Shown: positions 19,226-30,051, counted from the stretch's first letter. The stretch is DNA of 64,000 nt from Desulfobacterales bacterium (GCA_028277765.1 JANQFQ010000028.1:362-64361), one strand, 5' to 3'. Notes: generated by a model not told the origin, from the sequence alone. Translations and numbers: made by a program.

Positions 19226-19546
19226 TTGTTAATGACGATTGCGGCAACTGACTTTGATCCTGAAATTATTAAAATTCAGAAGTTTATCCTGTTTGCATAT
19301 ATTCGGAGGGACTATGATTTTAAAAGCCAGACAGATGTTCTGAAAAATGTGTCCAAAGATCTGAGAGACGATATGAAAATATATCTTCTGGATGAAGAGA
19401 CTGTAAACACATTTGACTGGCTTGATTTAGGCGGGTCTCCGACGTTTATACTTTTTTATAATGGGACAGAAAAAGGACGGCTTCTCGGTAAAGCAGACAT
19501 AAAAACGTTAACAGTATTTCTTAAAAAACATTTGCGGGAAACATGA
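19226..19546 (+). CDS. Thioredoxin-like fold protein without CxxC
   Basis: DFDPEI...LGGSPTFILFYNGTEKGRLLG matches the Trx C-terminal pattern; no Cys. Confidence 0.55.
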   Translation: MLMTIAATDFDPEIIKIQKFILFAYIRRDYDFKSQTDVLKNVSKDLRDDMKIYLLDEETVNTFDWLDLGGSPTFILFYNGTEKGRLLGKADIKTLTVFLKKHLRET

Positions 19547-19597
19547 TTTATATTAAAGGGTTTATTTAGGAAACGAAACCGCAGAGGGAGTAATTAT

Positions 19598-21310
19598 TTG
19601 TTTCAGCAAGATACAGACAGGGATACAATGGAAACATCTGGAAAAAGCATAGACGGATTTATCGAAACGCTAAACGAGCTCACGGAAGGAGCGGAGAACG
19701 ACTTTATGCTGCTTGGTCTCGGTCTTCAGACAGTGCATGTCAATGTAAAGGAGCTGACCCAGCTTATGCTCGATACAGTAAAACGGATTGGCGGTCATGA
19801 AGAAGGTGGTATTATTAAAAGGGTGGATCATACAGTTAATGAATCTCTAAAAGAGATCAGGAATTTTCACGCGGAAGTGAATACTAATTTAACCCAGATC
19901 AATACAGTTGTTGGAAAAATAAGTGACCTTTATGCGACAAGTGAGCAGATTAAAAAATTTGCCAAATTTCTTAACGCGGTTGCCTTTAATATGTTTGTGG
20001 AGAACGCACGGGTTATGGATTCAGCAAACATCTTTTCAGATATCGCCCAAGAGATTAAGGACCTTGCCTTTAAGATTACGGGTATTGCCAATGATGTTTA
20101 TGACAATGTTGAGCGTTCCCGTGAAATTCATATGGGGATTCATGAAAAAATATCAAAAGGTATGGACATGTTGCAGGAGTTGACAGGTGATGTACAAACA
20201 GCCGTGCGTGCTTCAGTTATGGAGACGGAACAACTGATGTATTTTTCTCTTGATACCATTGAGCAGGCTGGTGTGCGTTCCCAAGAGATAACACAACAGG
20301 TGGGAGAGATAGTGGTCGGCGTTCAGTATCATGACAACATGAGACAGCAGCTTCTGAAAATAACAGATACGCTGACAAATATTGAAAACATATCTGATAA
20401 GGTCTCAGACAACTATGAGTTTCTTTTTGCCGAGATAATAAGCGAGGTGGAGGATGTTTATCATAAGAATCTTAATGCCATATATGAGATTAAAAATGAG
20501 GTTGAAGTGCTAGTAGAAAGTTTTCTCGGCCTTAAGTCAGATGATATGGAAAGCAGTGGGGTATCCAATATCTTATCAGACGATCCGTTTTCCTCACTTA
20601 AATCAGTTCTCATGCAGCTTTATGATCTCCTTGACCAGGGCCGCGGTCTTTTTGAGCAGCTTCAGGAAGCTGCGGGTCAGGCTGCAGATATAGCTACAAA
20701 ACTTTCTGATCTGCTGAATATTATTAGGGGGATCAGCAGTGAAACGCATAATAAGGCCCTTAATTCAATAATAGCAGCACAGCGAATGGGAGATAAAGGG
20801 AGAACGCTGAAACTGCTTGCCCAGGAGATGAATGATCTTGCAACCAAGTCAGACGTATTTGTAGATGAAGTTGAAGAGATCATTGAAACAATTGTCGTGT
20901 CTGCCACAGAGATTGGCCAACGGGATATAAAGGGTTTTGAAACCATGAGTTCCGATGGCGGTGCCATCAGTAAAATGGATGAGGTTATCAATAATATTTC
21001 AGGCGAATATGACCAGTTCAGGCAGGATTCAATTGACGCTTACGAGCGTGCCAAAGCGTTGAAAAAGGCTATAAATACAACAATCGTCAGCCTGGAATTT
21101 TTCAATGGTCTGTCAAAAGGCCTGACAACCCATAAAGAGCAGCTGAAAGAGATTTTATTTCATGAGAATGCCGGCATCAGAGAAGAGAAACGCATACCTA
21201 AAACGCGTACTGTTAAGAAAGAGAATGTTGTTATCTCTTTAAGTGAGGCTATGGAGAAGAGGAAAAAGACTGTTGAAAATGGATTAGGTGATAACGTGGA
21301 GATATTTTAG
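19598..21310 (+). CDS. Soluble atypical methyl-accepting chemotaxis-like protein
   Basis: Two degenerate MA-like hairpins (AFNMFVENAR..IAQEIKDLA; ALNSIIAAQRMG..LAQEMNDLA), QYHDNMRQQL, no TM, tail GDNVEIF. Confidence 0.7.
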   Translation: MFQQDTDRDTMETSGKSIDGFIETLNELTEGAENDFMLLGLGLQTVHVNVKELTQLMLDTVKRIGGHEEGGIIKRVDHTVNESLKEIRNFHAEVNTNLTQINTVVGKISDLYATSEQIKKFAKFLNAVAFNMFVENARVMDSANIFSDIAQEIKDLAFKITGIANDVYDNVERSREIHMGIHEKISKGMDMLQELTGDVQTAVRASVMETEQLMYFSLDTIEQAGVRSQEITQQVGEIVVGVQYHDNMRQQLLKITDTLTNIENISDKVSDNYEFLFAEIISEVEDVYHKNLNAIYEIKNEVEVLVESFLGLKSDDMESSGVSNILSDDPFSSLKSVLMQLYDLLDQGRGLFEQLQEAAGQAADIATKLSDLLNIIRGISSETHNKALNSIIAAQRMGDKGRTLKLLAQEMNDLATKSDVFVDEVEEIIETIVVSATEIGQRDIKGFETMSSDGGAISKMDEVINNISGEYDQFRQDSIDAYERAKALKKAINTTIVSLEFFNGLSKGLTTHKEQLKEILFHENAGIREEKRIPKTRTVKKENVVISLSEAMEKRKKTVENGLGDNVEIF

Positions 21311-21693
21311 TGAAAAAAGATATAAGCTTAAGAGTAAAAAAATCGGGTGAAGGGATGCTCTCCGTTACCTGCGGCCTGACAATTGAAAAGGCAGAGGAAT
21401 TTAAAACCGTTCTGCTTAAGGCCTTGGAAAAAACAAACAAATTGGTTGTGAACTTTAAGAGACTGACAGATGCTGATCTTACTTGCATTCAGCTCTTATG
21501 CTCAGCAAACCGCACATTTTCTGAAGAGAATAAACAGCTCTTGATTCAAGATAAAGGTGGTTCGGATGTACTTGATAAAGTACTGCGTGATGCTAGTTTT
21601 AATGTTTTACATTGTATGTCCGAAAAATATTGTAAAAAATGTTTATGGAAGGAGGCGAAACAGAATGACGAAAACGATAATGGTAGTAGATGA
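21310..21693 (+). CDS. STAS-domain protein
   Basis: LTIEKAEEFK..LL.AL...DLTCIQLLCSA; directly upstream of cheY. Confidence 0.8.
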   Translation: MKKDISLRVKKSGEGMLSVTCGLTIEKAEEFKTVLLKALEKTNKLVVNFKRLTDADLTCIQLLCSANRTFSEENKQLLIQDKGGSDVLDKVLRDASFNVLHCMSEKYCKKCLWKEAKQNDENDNGSR

Positions 21694-22033
21694 TTCTTCG
21701 AGTGTCCGCCAGATGATGGCTTTTACCTTGGAGAACGCTGGCTATGATGTTGTTGAGGCCGAGGATGGACAGGATGCCCTTAAAAAACTTAACAGTTCAC
21801 CTGTTAACATGATTGTAACAGACTTGAACATGCCGAATGTCAATGGTTTCGATCTTATCCGGTCTATACGCTCAAAACCAGAGTACAAGTACATCCCGAT
21901 AGTTGTACTTACCACAGAGTCCCATGATGAAAAAAAGCAGGAGAGTAAAGAGGCAGGTGCAACCGGTTGGATTACAAAGCCTTTCAAACCTGACCAGCTG
22001 ATCGGTGTTATTAATAAGGTAATGCCGCAGTAA
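21665..22033 (+). CDS. cheY: Chemotaxis response regulator CheY
   Basis: VDDS, TDLNMP, LTTES, GATGWITKPF; GGAGG RBS before ATG 21665. Confidence 0.93.
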   Translation: MTKTIMVVDDSSSVRQMMAFTLENAGYDVVEAEDGQDALKKLNSSPVNMIVTDLNMPNVNGFDLIRSIRSKPEYKYIPIVVLTTESHDEKKQESKEAGATGWITKPFKPDQLIGVINKVMPQ

Positions 22034-22104
22034 TGGAATAGCGGCCTGGCAGGATGGCGGATTAAAACAGATCGGTTATACGTTCATATGCAAGTATTAT
22101 AATC

Positions 22105-24207
22105 TTGAGGGATGTTGTGGACGCTCAAAAAGAAACATTTATGGAGGAAGCACGGGAACTCTTGGTCAAGCTTGAGTCTGCCCTGCTTGAGCTGGAGGTG
22201 GTACCTGACGATACAGATCAGATAGACCGCGCCTTCCGAGCCCTGCATACTATTAAAGGGTCGGGCGCGATGTTCGGTTTTGATGATATCGCGGAATTCA
22301 CTCATGATATTGAAACGGTTTTTGAACTGTTACGTGACCGTAAGATAGCTGTTACGGGTGAACTCGTCAGCCTTTCGCTTTCAGTATGTGACCAGATAAA
22401 GGTCATGCTCGAAGCTTACATAGGAGGGCCGCCTGCTGATAAGGACGAAGCAGAAAGGATACTCATGTCTTTCAGGGAGATGGTGCCTGAACAGGACATC
22501 GGTATAAAACAGCCTGAAGAAGCTCCTGAAAAACTACACCCGCATGAAGAGGATGAAAGCCTAGGCGCTGAAGTGACCTATCGTATCAGTTTCCGGCCGG
22601 ATAGAGATATCCTTAAAAATGGCACAAATCCTATCCATCTTTTAAACGAACTCCGAGCGTTAGGTGAATGCGATATAACTGCCCACATGGAAGAAACACC
22701 TCTCTTAAAGGACTATGCCCAGGAGGCTTGTTATATATACTGGGACATTGTCCTGACTACTGGCCGTGGATTAAATGCGATCAAGGATGTTTTTATTTTT
22801 GTAGAGGACACAAGTGACATTAAAATCAACGTGGTTGATGATGGCCAAGACGTAAATGTCAGTGTTGATACAAAGCGGCTCGGCGAGATACTGGTAGATA
22901 GGGGAGATGTCTCGAATGATAAGCTCCAGTCAATGCTCAAGAACCAGAAGCGGATTGGTGAAATTCTCGTGGAAAAAGATGTGGTATGCGGCGGCAAAGT
23001 GGAAGTCGCTCTTGCTGAGCAAAAGCACGTAAAAAGGACACATGAAAAAATATGGCGGGCAGCGCAGACAGCCAGCGTACGCGTGCCTGCGGAAAGACTT
23101 GATGAACTTGTGGACCTGGTAGGCGAGCTTGTGACTGTTCAGGCCCGTTTGACGCAGAAGGCTGTACATGAAAATGATCCTGAACTTACAGCTATAGCAG
23201 AGGATGTGGAAAATCTTACCGGCGGTCTCCGGGACAATACCATGAGTGTCAGGATGATCCAGATCGGCATAACCTTTACAAGTTTTCGAAGACTGGTACG
23301 CGACCTTTCCGCAGATCTTGGTAAGAATATAGTGCTTAAAACATCAGGGGGCGAGACCGAACTGGACAAAACGGTTATTGATCGACTGAATGATCCCATG
23401 GTGCACATTATACGCAACTGCATTGATCACGGTATTGAGTTCCCGGATGTACGAATTCAATCAAATAAGCCGGAGATGGGGACAATACATCTGTCCGCAG
23501 AGCATTCAGGAGCGCATGTACTTATAAAGATATCTGATGACGGTGCGGGTCTAGATCCTGTAGCTATTATGGAGAAGGCTGAAAAAAACAATATTATCTC
23601 AAAAGAAATCGAACTTTCTGAAAAAGAAATTGCCCAGCTTGTATTCGCGCCCGGTTTCTCAACAGCAAAAGAGGTTACAGATGTCTCTGGCCGGGGTGTC
23701 GGTCTTGATGTGGTGAAAAGGAATGTTGAGGCCCTGCGCGGTTCGGTTGACATAAATAGTAAAAAAGGGGAAGGGACCACGATCACTCTCAGACTCCCCC
23801 TGACCTTGGCAATTATCGAAGGATTCTTGGTGGAGATTGGGGGGGACAAGTATATCCTACCTCTTTCTTCTGTTGAAGAATGTGTAGAGCTGAGAAAAGA
23901 AGATAGTGACCAGATAGGCGACAGTAATATCTTAAATGTGCGGGGGGAAATAATACCGTACGTCCGTCTTAGAAAATCTTTTGAATCCCTGGGAGAGCCT
24001 CCTGAATTGGAGCATGTGGTTATAACGGATGTTAATGGTGATCGCGTGGGATTTGTGGTGGACAATGTAATAGGCAGCTACCAGACAGTGATAAAATCGC
24101 TTGGCCGTGCCATGAGACAGTCTGAGGATGTTTCCGGTGCAACCATACTTGGTGACGGTACGGTGGCGTTAATATTAAATATAGATAAACTTGTGAAAGC
24201 CGCATGA
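22105..24207 (+). CDS. cheA: Chemotaxis histidine kinase CheA
   Basis: Hpt FRALHTIKG, LVGELV, HIIRNCIDHG, SGRGVGLDVV, CheW domain; alternative start GTG 22117. Confidence 0.97.
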   Translation: MRDVVDAQKETFMEEARELLVKLESALLELEVVPDDTDQIDRAFRALHTIKGSGAMFGFDDIAEFTHDIETVFELLRDRKIAVTGELVSLSLSVCDQIKVMLEAYIGGPPADKDEAERILMSFREMVPEQDIGIKQPEEAPEKLHPHEEDESLGAEVTYRISFRPDRDILKNGTNPIHLLNELRALGECDITAHMEETPLLKDYAQEACYIYWDIVLTTGRGLNAIKDVFIFVEDTSDIKINVVDDGQDVNVSVDTKRLGEILVDRGDVSNDKLQSMLKNQKRIGEILVEKDVVCGGKVEVALAEQKHVKRTHEKIWRAAQTASVRVPAERLDELVDLVGELVTVQARLTQKAVHENDPELTAIAEDVENLTGGLRDNTMSVRMIQIGITFTSFRRLVRDLSADLGKNIVLKTSGGETELDKTVIDRLNDPMVHIIRNCIDHGIEFPDVRIQSNKPEMGTIHLSAEHSGAHVLIKISDDGAGLDPVAIMEKAEKNNIISKEIELSEKEIAQLVFAPGFSTAKEVTDVSGRGVGLDVVKRNVEALRGSVDINSKKGEGTTITLRLPLTLAIIEGFLVEIGGDKYILPLSSVEECVELRKEDSDQIGDSNILNVRGEIIPYVRLRKSFESLGEPPELEHVVITDVNGDRVGFVVDNVIGSYQTVIKSLGRAMRQSEDVSGATILGDGTVALILNIDKLVKAA

Positions 24208-24279
24208 AAAGCTAAGTAGATATGAATAAAACGTTTTTGGCGTATGTAATTAATTAGCTCTATTAATAATAAAAGGGGG

Positions 24280-24855
24280 ATGCAAAATATGACTGAAGAG
24301 GCGGCGGCCGAAAGTTGGCAGTACTTGTCTTTCAATCTGGACCAGGAAATCTACGCCCTGAATATTATCCAAGTGAAAGAGGTCCTGGATTATACAGAAA
24401 TCACAAAAGTGCCCAAGATGCCTGATTTTATGCGTGGGGTAATCAATCTGCGAGGTAAAGTAGTTCCAGTAGTTGACCTCAGGTTAAAGTTTGGTATGCC
24501 GGAAACTGAAAAAACTGTGGATACCTGCATTATCATCATAGAGATTACACTGGATGGTGAAAGCACTAGCCTCGGGGCGTTAGCTGATTCAGTGCGAGAA
24601 GTATTAACACTGAAACCTGACCTCATAGAGCCCCCTCCAAAGATCGGCATGCGTCTTAAAACGGAATTTATCAAAGGTATGGGCAAAAAGGATGATGAAT
24701 TTATTATCATCCTTGATGTAGACAGTGTGTTTTCTGCTGAAGAGTTGGTCAGTGTGCAGGATGCTGAGGAGGAAATTGATACAGTCAACAGTGAGGATCA
24801 GCCGGAACAAACAGAGACGGTACAAAAGGAGGGAGGACAAGTCTTGTCAACCTGA
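24280..24855 (+). CDS. cheW: CheW coupling protein
   Basis: QYLSF.L, GVINLRGKVVPVVDLR. Confidence 0.96.
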   Translation: MQNMTEEAAAESWQYLSFNLDQEIYALNIIQVKEVLDYTEITKVPKMPDFMRGVINLRGKVVPVVDLRLKFGMPETEKTVDTCIIIIEITLDGESTSLGALADSVREVLTLKPDLIEPPPKIGMRLKTEFIKGMGKKDDEFIIILDVDSVFSAEELVSVQDAEEEIDTVNSEDQPEQTETVQKEGGQVLST

Positions 24856-24938
24856 TTGAGTATCATGGTATGGACAACGTTTTTTTGACTATTATAGAAA
24901 ATGACGTCATCAAACCGTTGGGGAAATTATATGTTTAG

Positions 24939-25019
24939 TATTTTTGCAACCAAGCTGAAGATCCTATAAAAGTGGGTGCCAGCAGTGACGTGCTTGATGA
25001 TGAGTTTGAGAAGTTTTAA
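24939..25019 (+). pseudogene. C-terminal remnant of an MCP gene
   Basis: Translates ...VGASSDVLDDEFEKF-stop immediately before cheR; NWETF-class pentapeptide. Confidence 0.55.
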
Positions 25020-25028
25020 AGGGCGCTG

Positions 25029-25892
25029 ATGATGATTTCCGGTGTACGACATGAATATATGGAAGCCAGGCTGTCTGAAAGAGATTTCAAACGGTTGGGG
25101 GCATTAATTCAGACCCGTACTGGAATCAAGATGCCTCCACATAAAATAGCTATGCTCGAATCAAGGCTACGCAAGAGGCTGCGCAGGCTGAAGATTCCAT
25201 CGTATAATGATTATTGTAAGTACCTGTTCAGTCCGGAAGGCATGAAAGATGAGCTTGTTCATATGATTGATGAAGTAACAACCAACAAAACAGATTTTTT
25301 CAGGGAACCGGATCATTTTGATTTTCTTAGAGAGACAGTCCTTCCAGAAATGTTGAATGGCCGGTATCGGCGGATCTCCATATGGAGCGCTGCCTGTTCC
25401 ACCGGTGAAGAGCCGTATTCCTTGGCAATGGCCCTTGAGATATATTTGGAGAGCCATCCTGAGGTTAGTTTCGATTACAGTATTCTTGGGACAGACATAT
25501 CTGAAGAGGTGCTTGAGAAGGCTGCTACAGCCATCTATGATGAACAACTGGTCGATAGCATGCCGCTGGAACTCAAAAAAAGGTATCTCTTAAGATCAAA
25601 GGACAATGCCAAGCGGCTTGTCAGAGTCACTCCTGAGCTTAGAAATAAGGTGATATTCAGAAAGTTGAATCTTATGGACAAGTATTATGGCTTAGATAAA
25701 TACATGGACATTATCTTTTGCCGAAATGTAATCATATATTTTGAGAGGGAAACTCAGAAAGAGCTGCTTAACAAGATATGTGGGAGTCTTAATCAAGGGG
25801 GGTATCTTTTTATGGGGCACGCAGAGGTGCTGGCAGGTTTTGAACTGCCAGTGGAGTCGATAGCGCCGACGGTTTATAAGAAAACAGTTTAA
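25029..25892 (+). CDS. cheR: Chemotaxis methyltransferase CheR
   Basis: TTNKTDFFRE, WSAACSTGEEPYS, FCRNVIIYF, GHAE. Confidence 0.96.
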   Translation: MMISGVRHEYMEARLSERDFKRLGALIQTRTGIKMPPHKIAMLESRLRKRLRRLKIPSYNDYCKYLFSPEGMKDELVHMIDEVTTNKTDFFREPDHFDFLRETVLPEMLNGRYRRISIWSAACSTGEEPYSLAMALEIYLESHPEVSFDYSILGTDISEEVLEKAATAIYDEQLVDSMPLELKKRYLLRSKDNAKRLVRVTPELRNKVIFRKLNLMDKYYGLDKYMDIIFCRNVIIYFERETQKELLNKICGSLNQGGYLFMGHAEVLAGFELPVESIAPTVYKKTV

Positions 25893-25910
25893 GTGGATAG
25901 AGGGTTTAAT

Positions 25911-27023
25911 GTGAGCAAGAAGATTAAAGTTTTAGTAGTGGACGACTCGGCGGTTGTACGCCAGACTCTCAAAGAGGTGCTTGAATCAGACAAGCGCATT
26001 GAAGTGATGGGGATTGCTTCGGATCCATTTGTGGCTGCAAACAAGATGAGAAAAGTGAAGCCAGACGTTATCACACTTGATATTGAGATGCCTAATATGG
26101 ATGGTCTTACGTTTTTAAAGAAAATTATGACCCAGCACCCGATTCCAGTGGTTATCTGTTCAGGCCTTGTAAACAAAGGATCAGAGGAAGCTCTGATGGC
26201 ACTTGAATACGGCGCAGTTGAGATTATTCAAAAGCCAAGAGTTGGATCTAAGCTTTTTCTGGAAGAATCTCGGATACGGATATGCGATGCGGTTAGGGCG
26301 GCTACAGTTGCGAAAACAAAAAAGTTCCCTGAGCCTATGCCGGCTGAACCGAAACTTACGGCTGATGCGGTCCTTGCTCAGCCTAAAAAAAACACCATCA
26401 TAAATACAACCGAAAAAATTGTTGCTATCGGCACATCAACAGGCGGCACAGACGCACTACGTATGCTTCTTACATCTATGCCGATCGATTCCCCTGGCAT
26501 GGTGATTGTCCAGCACATGCCTGAGAATTTTACTAAAGCCTTTGCCCAGCGGCTGAACAATGACTGTAGGATTTCAATAAAAGAGGCTGAAAACAAAGAT
26601 ACTGTTATACGGGGTCGTGCGCTTATCGCGCCGGGTAACAATCACATGCTACTAAAAAGAAGCGGATCAAGATATTATGTTGAAGTCATATCAGGTCCGC
26701 TTGTTTGCAGACATCGGCCTTCAGTTGATGTGCTGTTTAGGTCAGTGGCGCGTTATGCTGGCAAAAACGCCATAGGTGTTATCATGACAGGCATGGGGGA
26801 TGACGGCGCCAACGGTCTTCTTGAGATGAAGACCGCTGGGGCATTTACAATAGCCCAGGATGAGTCGACATCGGTAATCTTCGGTATGCCGCATGAGGCA
26901 ATAAAACTAGGTGCAGTTGACAAGGTGCTTCCGCTTAATAATATTGCGGATACCATATTAAAGGCAGCTCAGTATAAGAAATTAGAGTCCGTCCATTCTC
27001 GAAAGAAAAAAATGTCATCATGA
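25911..27023 (+). CDS. cheB: Chemotaxis methylesterase CheB (REC + esterase)
   Basis: [28 protein letters not shown]. Confidence 0.97.
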   Translation: MSKKIKVLVVDDSAVVRQTLKEVLESDKRIEVMGIASDPFVAANKMRKVKPDVITLDIEMPNMDGLTFLKKIMTQHPIPVVICSGLVNKGSEEALMALEYGAVEIIQKPRVGSKLFLEESRIRICDAVRAATVAKTKKFPEPMPAEPKLTADAVLAQPKKNTIINTTEKIVAIGTSTGGTDALRMLLTSMPIDSPGMVIVQHMPENFTKAFAQRLNNDCRISIKEAENKDTVIRGRALIAPGNNHMLLKRSGSRYYVEVISGPLVCRHRPSVDVLFRSVARYAGKNAIGVIMTGMGDDGANGLLEMKTAGAFTIAQDESTSVIFGMPHEAIKLGAVDKVLPLNNIADTILKAAQYKKLESVHSRKKKMSS

Positions 27024-27586
27024 AAAAAAAGATTACCATTCACACCGGGGAATCATATGCGAGTAAGGAGCCTTTAATTATAAGCACTATCCTAGGGTCA
27101 TGCGTGGCAGTATGCCTGTATGATCCTATAAACCGAATCGGCGGGATGAACCATATTCTGCTTCCTGGGCAGCCTGACATGAGGAGTTTTGATAATTCAG
27201 CAAAATATGGCATTAACGCGATGGATCTTCTGATTACACAGATCATGAAGCTGGGCGGAAACCGCAAACGATTAATCGCCAAGGCGTTCGGTGGTTCACA
27301 CATTCTTCCTGAAATAAGCAAGGAAAACGGGATTGGCAGAAAGATAGTAACATTTGTCAAAACATTTTTACATAACGAGAAAATACGGCTTATAAGTTCG
27401 GATGTTGGCGGTGTTGATACTAGAAAAATATTTTTTCATACAGACACTGGCGATGTGTTTCTCAAACGACGCAGACAGCTGAGAGATAAAGCTCAAGATA
27501 TTATTGCTGAGGAAAATAAACGGTTGAAAAAAATACAAAGGGAAATCAACAAGCCGACGGATGTTATCATTTTTAAACAGAATTGA
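27020..27586 (+). CDS. cheD: Chemoreceptor glutamine deamidase CheD
   Basis: [28 protein letters not shown]. Confidence 0.95.
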   Translation: MKKKITIHTGESYASKEPLIISTILGSCVAVCLYDPINRIGGMNHILLPGQPDMRSFDNSAKYGINAMDLLITQIMKLGGNRKRLIAKAFGGSHILPEISKENGIGRKIVTFVKTFLHNEKIRLISSDVGGVDTRKIFFHTDTGDVFLKRRRQLRDKAQDIIAEENKRLKKIQREINKPTDVIIFKQN

Positions 27587-27752
27587 TCTGAAAAGGGGGC
27601 TAAAAGATTGTTGCCAATATGTCCGGTGATAAAGCCAAAAAAAGGTGCGGTGATAAAAAAACCCAATAAGGCTGAAACAGAAATTTTGAAGGAGGAAAAG
27701 GCTTCAAGCCGCGATAGCTTAATCCAATCTGCGGGTTGAGCCCATCAGAACC

Positions 27753-29348
27753 ATGGCCCGGAACAAATCAACAATACTTTGTGTAGAAGATGAGAAAAAG
27801 ATCCGTGAATTGTTTGGTATCTTTTTGAGACAATCAGGCTTCACCTTTTTTGAGGCTGAAAACGGAAAGGAAGGGCTAAGTATTTTTAGAGAAAAGAAAC
27901 CGGATGTGGTCCTCCTTGATTTAATGATGCCCGGTTTAAGTGGTATTGATGTATTATCAGAAATATCTAAAGAGTCCGCTGATACACCGGTAATCATTAT
28001 TTCAGCATCAAGGGATACGCCTGATATAATAAATGCACTTAGGCTTGGAGCGTTTGATTATTTTTCCAAGCCTCTGCCAAACCTGAATATTCTAAAACAT
28101 GCTGTGGAACGCGCTCTTGAAAAAGTGAATCTGATCCGTGAGAACAGTAGATACAGGCAACAACTTGAAAAAGCGAACAGTGAGCTTGAGAGCTACGTAA
28201 AACAACAGGAAGATGAGTTGACCGGTAAGAATGAGATACTTAAAAACGCGTTTGAGATACGGTCTCATGCTGAAAACACCGCACGTGAAGGCGAAGAAAA
28301 GTTCAGGATGATTTTTGATAACGCCAATGACGCCATCATTTATCTTGATAAAGATGGCGCGCTTATTGACGCGAATATGAGGGCGTTTGATCTTTTTGGC
28401 TTCAGCCCGGAGGATTCTCGGGGGAAAAATTTTGATGAGTTTGATTTCTTGGGAATAGATTACATGCAGGCCTTGGAGATTTATAAAGCTGCAAATCCGG
28501 ATATTCCCTTTCCGCTGTTTGAGCTGGAGGCTTTCCGAAGAGACGGTAAGAAACTATTTATTGAAATTAATTCCAGGGTGATTAAACGGAATGGTGATGT
28601 GGCAGGCATTGTCAATATTGTAAGGGATATTACTGAAAGGAAGCGGCTTGAAAGGGATATCCTGGAGTCTTATGATAATATTCACAGTGCGCGGACAGCC
28701 ACGATCATGGGTTTGGCGAAGCTTGCAGAGTACAGGGATAATGAGACAGGGAGACATCTTGAGAGGATACGTGAATATGTAAAGATAATTGCCGAGGAAC
28801 TTCGGAAATTGTCGGGATACAGTGATTATATAACAGCAGAATATATTGAGGATATTTACAATTCGTCCATTCTGCACGATATAGGGAAGGTAAGCACGCC
28901 TGATGCAATTCTTCTGAAACCGGGCAAGCTGTCTACTGAAGAGTTTGAGGTGATCAAGCGGCATACTATAGTGGGCGGAGATGCGCTCAAGGCTGCTGAT
29001 ACCACGGTTAGTGAGCGGTCTTTTCTCACCCTTGGCAGAGAGATCGCCTATTTCCATCATGAGTCATGGAACGGTACGGGATATCCTAAGGGCCTTAAGG
29101 GCGAAGAAATACCATTATCAGCAAGGATTGTATCCTTGGCTGACGTATATGATGCTCTGACATCTCCGCGTGTGTATAAGGCTGCTTATTCCCACGAGAA
29201 GGCCTCTGAGATTATTCTCAGAGAAAAAGGAGTCAAGTTTGCTCCTGATATCGTTGACATATTTTATGCCAACATTGAAAGGTTCAACAGGATACGTGAA
29301 ACAATGCATGATAATGCAGATGACGAAGAAAGAGTGGATAGCAAATAA
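27753..29348 (+). CDS. REC-PAS-HD-GYP cyclic di-GMP phosphodiesterase
   Basis: ETGRHLER, LHDIGK, HHE.WNGTGYP, ADVYDAL. Confidence 0.92.
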   Translation: MARNKSTILCVEDEKKIRELFGIFLRQSGFTFFEAENGKEGLSIFREKKPDVVLLDLMMPGLSGIDVLSEISKESADTPVIIISASRDTPDIINALRLGAFDYFSKPLPNLNILKHAVERALEKVNLIRENSRYRQQLEKANSELESYVKQQEDELTGKNEILKNAFEIRSHAENTAREGEEKFRMIFDNANDAIIYLDKDGALIDANMRAFDLFGFSPEDSRGKNFDEFDFLGIDYMQALEIYKAANPDIPFPLFELEAFRRDGKKLFIEINSRVIKRNGDVAGIVNIVRDITERKRLERDILESYDNIHSARTATIMGLAKLAEYRDNETGRHLERIREYVKIIAEELRKLSGYSDYITAEYIEDIYNSSILHDIGKVSTPDAILLKPGKLSTEEFEVIKRHTIVGGDALKAADTTVSERSFLTLGREIAYFHHESWNGTGYPKGLKGEEIPLSARIVSLADVYDALTSPRVYKAAYSHEKASEIILREKGVKFAPDIVDIFYANIERFNRIRETMHDNADDEERVDSK

Positions 29349-29363
29349 TAGGAGGCTATAGAA

Positions 29364-29918
29364 ATGGTTAACAAAAAAACACCGTCAGACGCTAAGAACC
29401 CTGATCTTGACTGGAGTCAGGTAAGAGAAACCGTATTAATGCTTAATCTCGCTCTCTCACAGGTTGAAAGGTCCATGACAGAGGGGGATGAATCTATTAA
29501 TGGATTGTCAAAGCTATTCACCTCATTAATCGGAAAAATGCAGGTAATCAATATGGCTTCAGAATCCCTGCCAAAAAGCAGGGAAAAACTTGCGATAATG
29601 GAAAACTGCGCTAATGTAGCAAAAAGGGTCAATGAGGTTATTGAATCCTTTCAGTTTTACGACAAACTGACCCAGCGTTTATCACATGTCTGTGTAAGCT
29701 TGGCAGCCCTTGCTGAACTGATTTCTGAGCCACACCGTCTATATGCTCCTTATGAATGGAAAGGTTTGCAAGAAATGATAAAATCAAAGTATTATATAGA
29801 TGTTGACCGGCAGATGTTTGATGCCATTTTAAACGGAGCGACGGTGAAGGAAGCTCTTGAAGTTGCAGAGTTTCACAAAATAAAAGAAGCCCAGAAGGAC
29901 AATGTGGAGCTGTTCTGA
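29364..29918 (+). CDS. Chemotaxis-associated helical protein (CheZ/MCP-fragment-like)
   Basis: FQFYDKLTQRL motif and DNVELF tail. Confidence 0.6.
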   Translation: MVNKKTPSDAKNPDLDWSQVRETVLMLNLALSQVERSMTEGDESINGLSKLFTSLIGKMQVINMASESLPKSREKLAIMENCANVAKRVNEVIESFQFYDKLTQRLSHVCVSLAALAELISEPHRLYAPYEWKGLQEMIKSKYYIDVDRQMFDAILNGATVKEALEVAEFHKIKEAQKDNVELF

Positions 29919-30051
29919 CCGGTTCCGTAAAGGCGGTTGTTACGGCTGTGCATGAGACTCTGTTGATAGACTAATTAGGAAGTATGTTGTGAATTTTTAT
30001 ACATGGAGCAGAACTGTGAGTTGAGTCATACTTGATTATAGGTGATGAGAG

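Noticed and set aside
21557-21664. Long N-terminus of CheY in the ORF track
   Set aside because: It overlaps the STAS gene; a strong RBS precedes ATG 21665.
24936-24938. Pyrrolysine at the in-frame TAG of the small ORF before cheR
   Set aside because: No pyl genes in the window, the MtmB homolog itself lacks TAG, and the upstream peptide has no recognisable homology.
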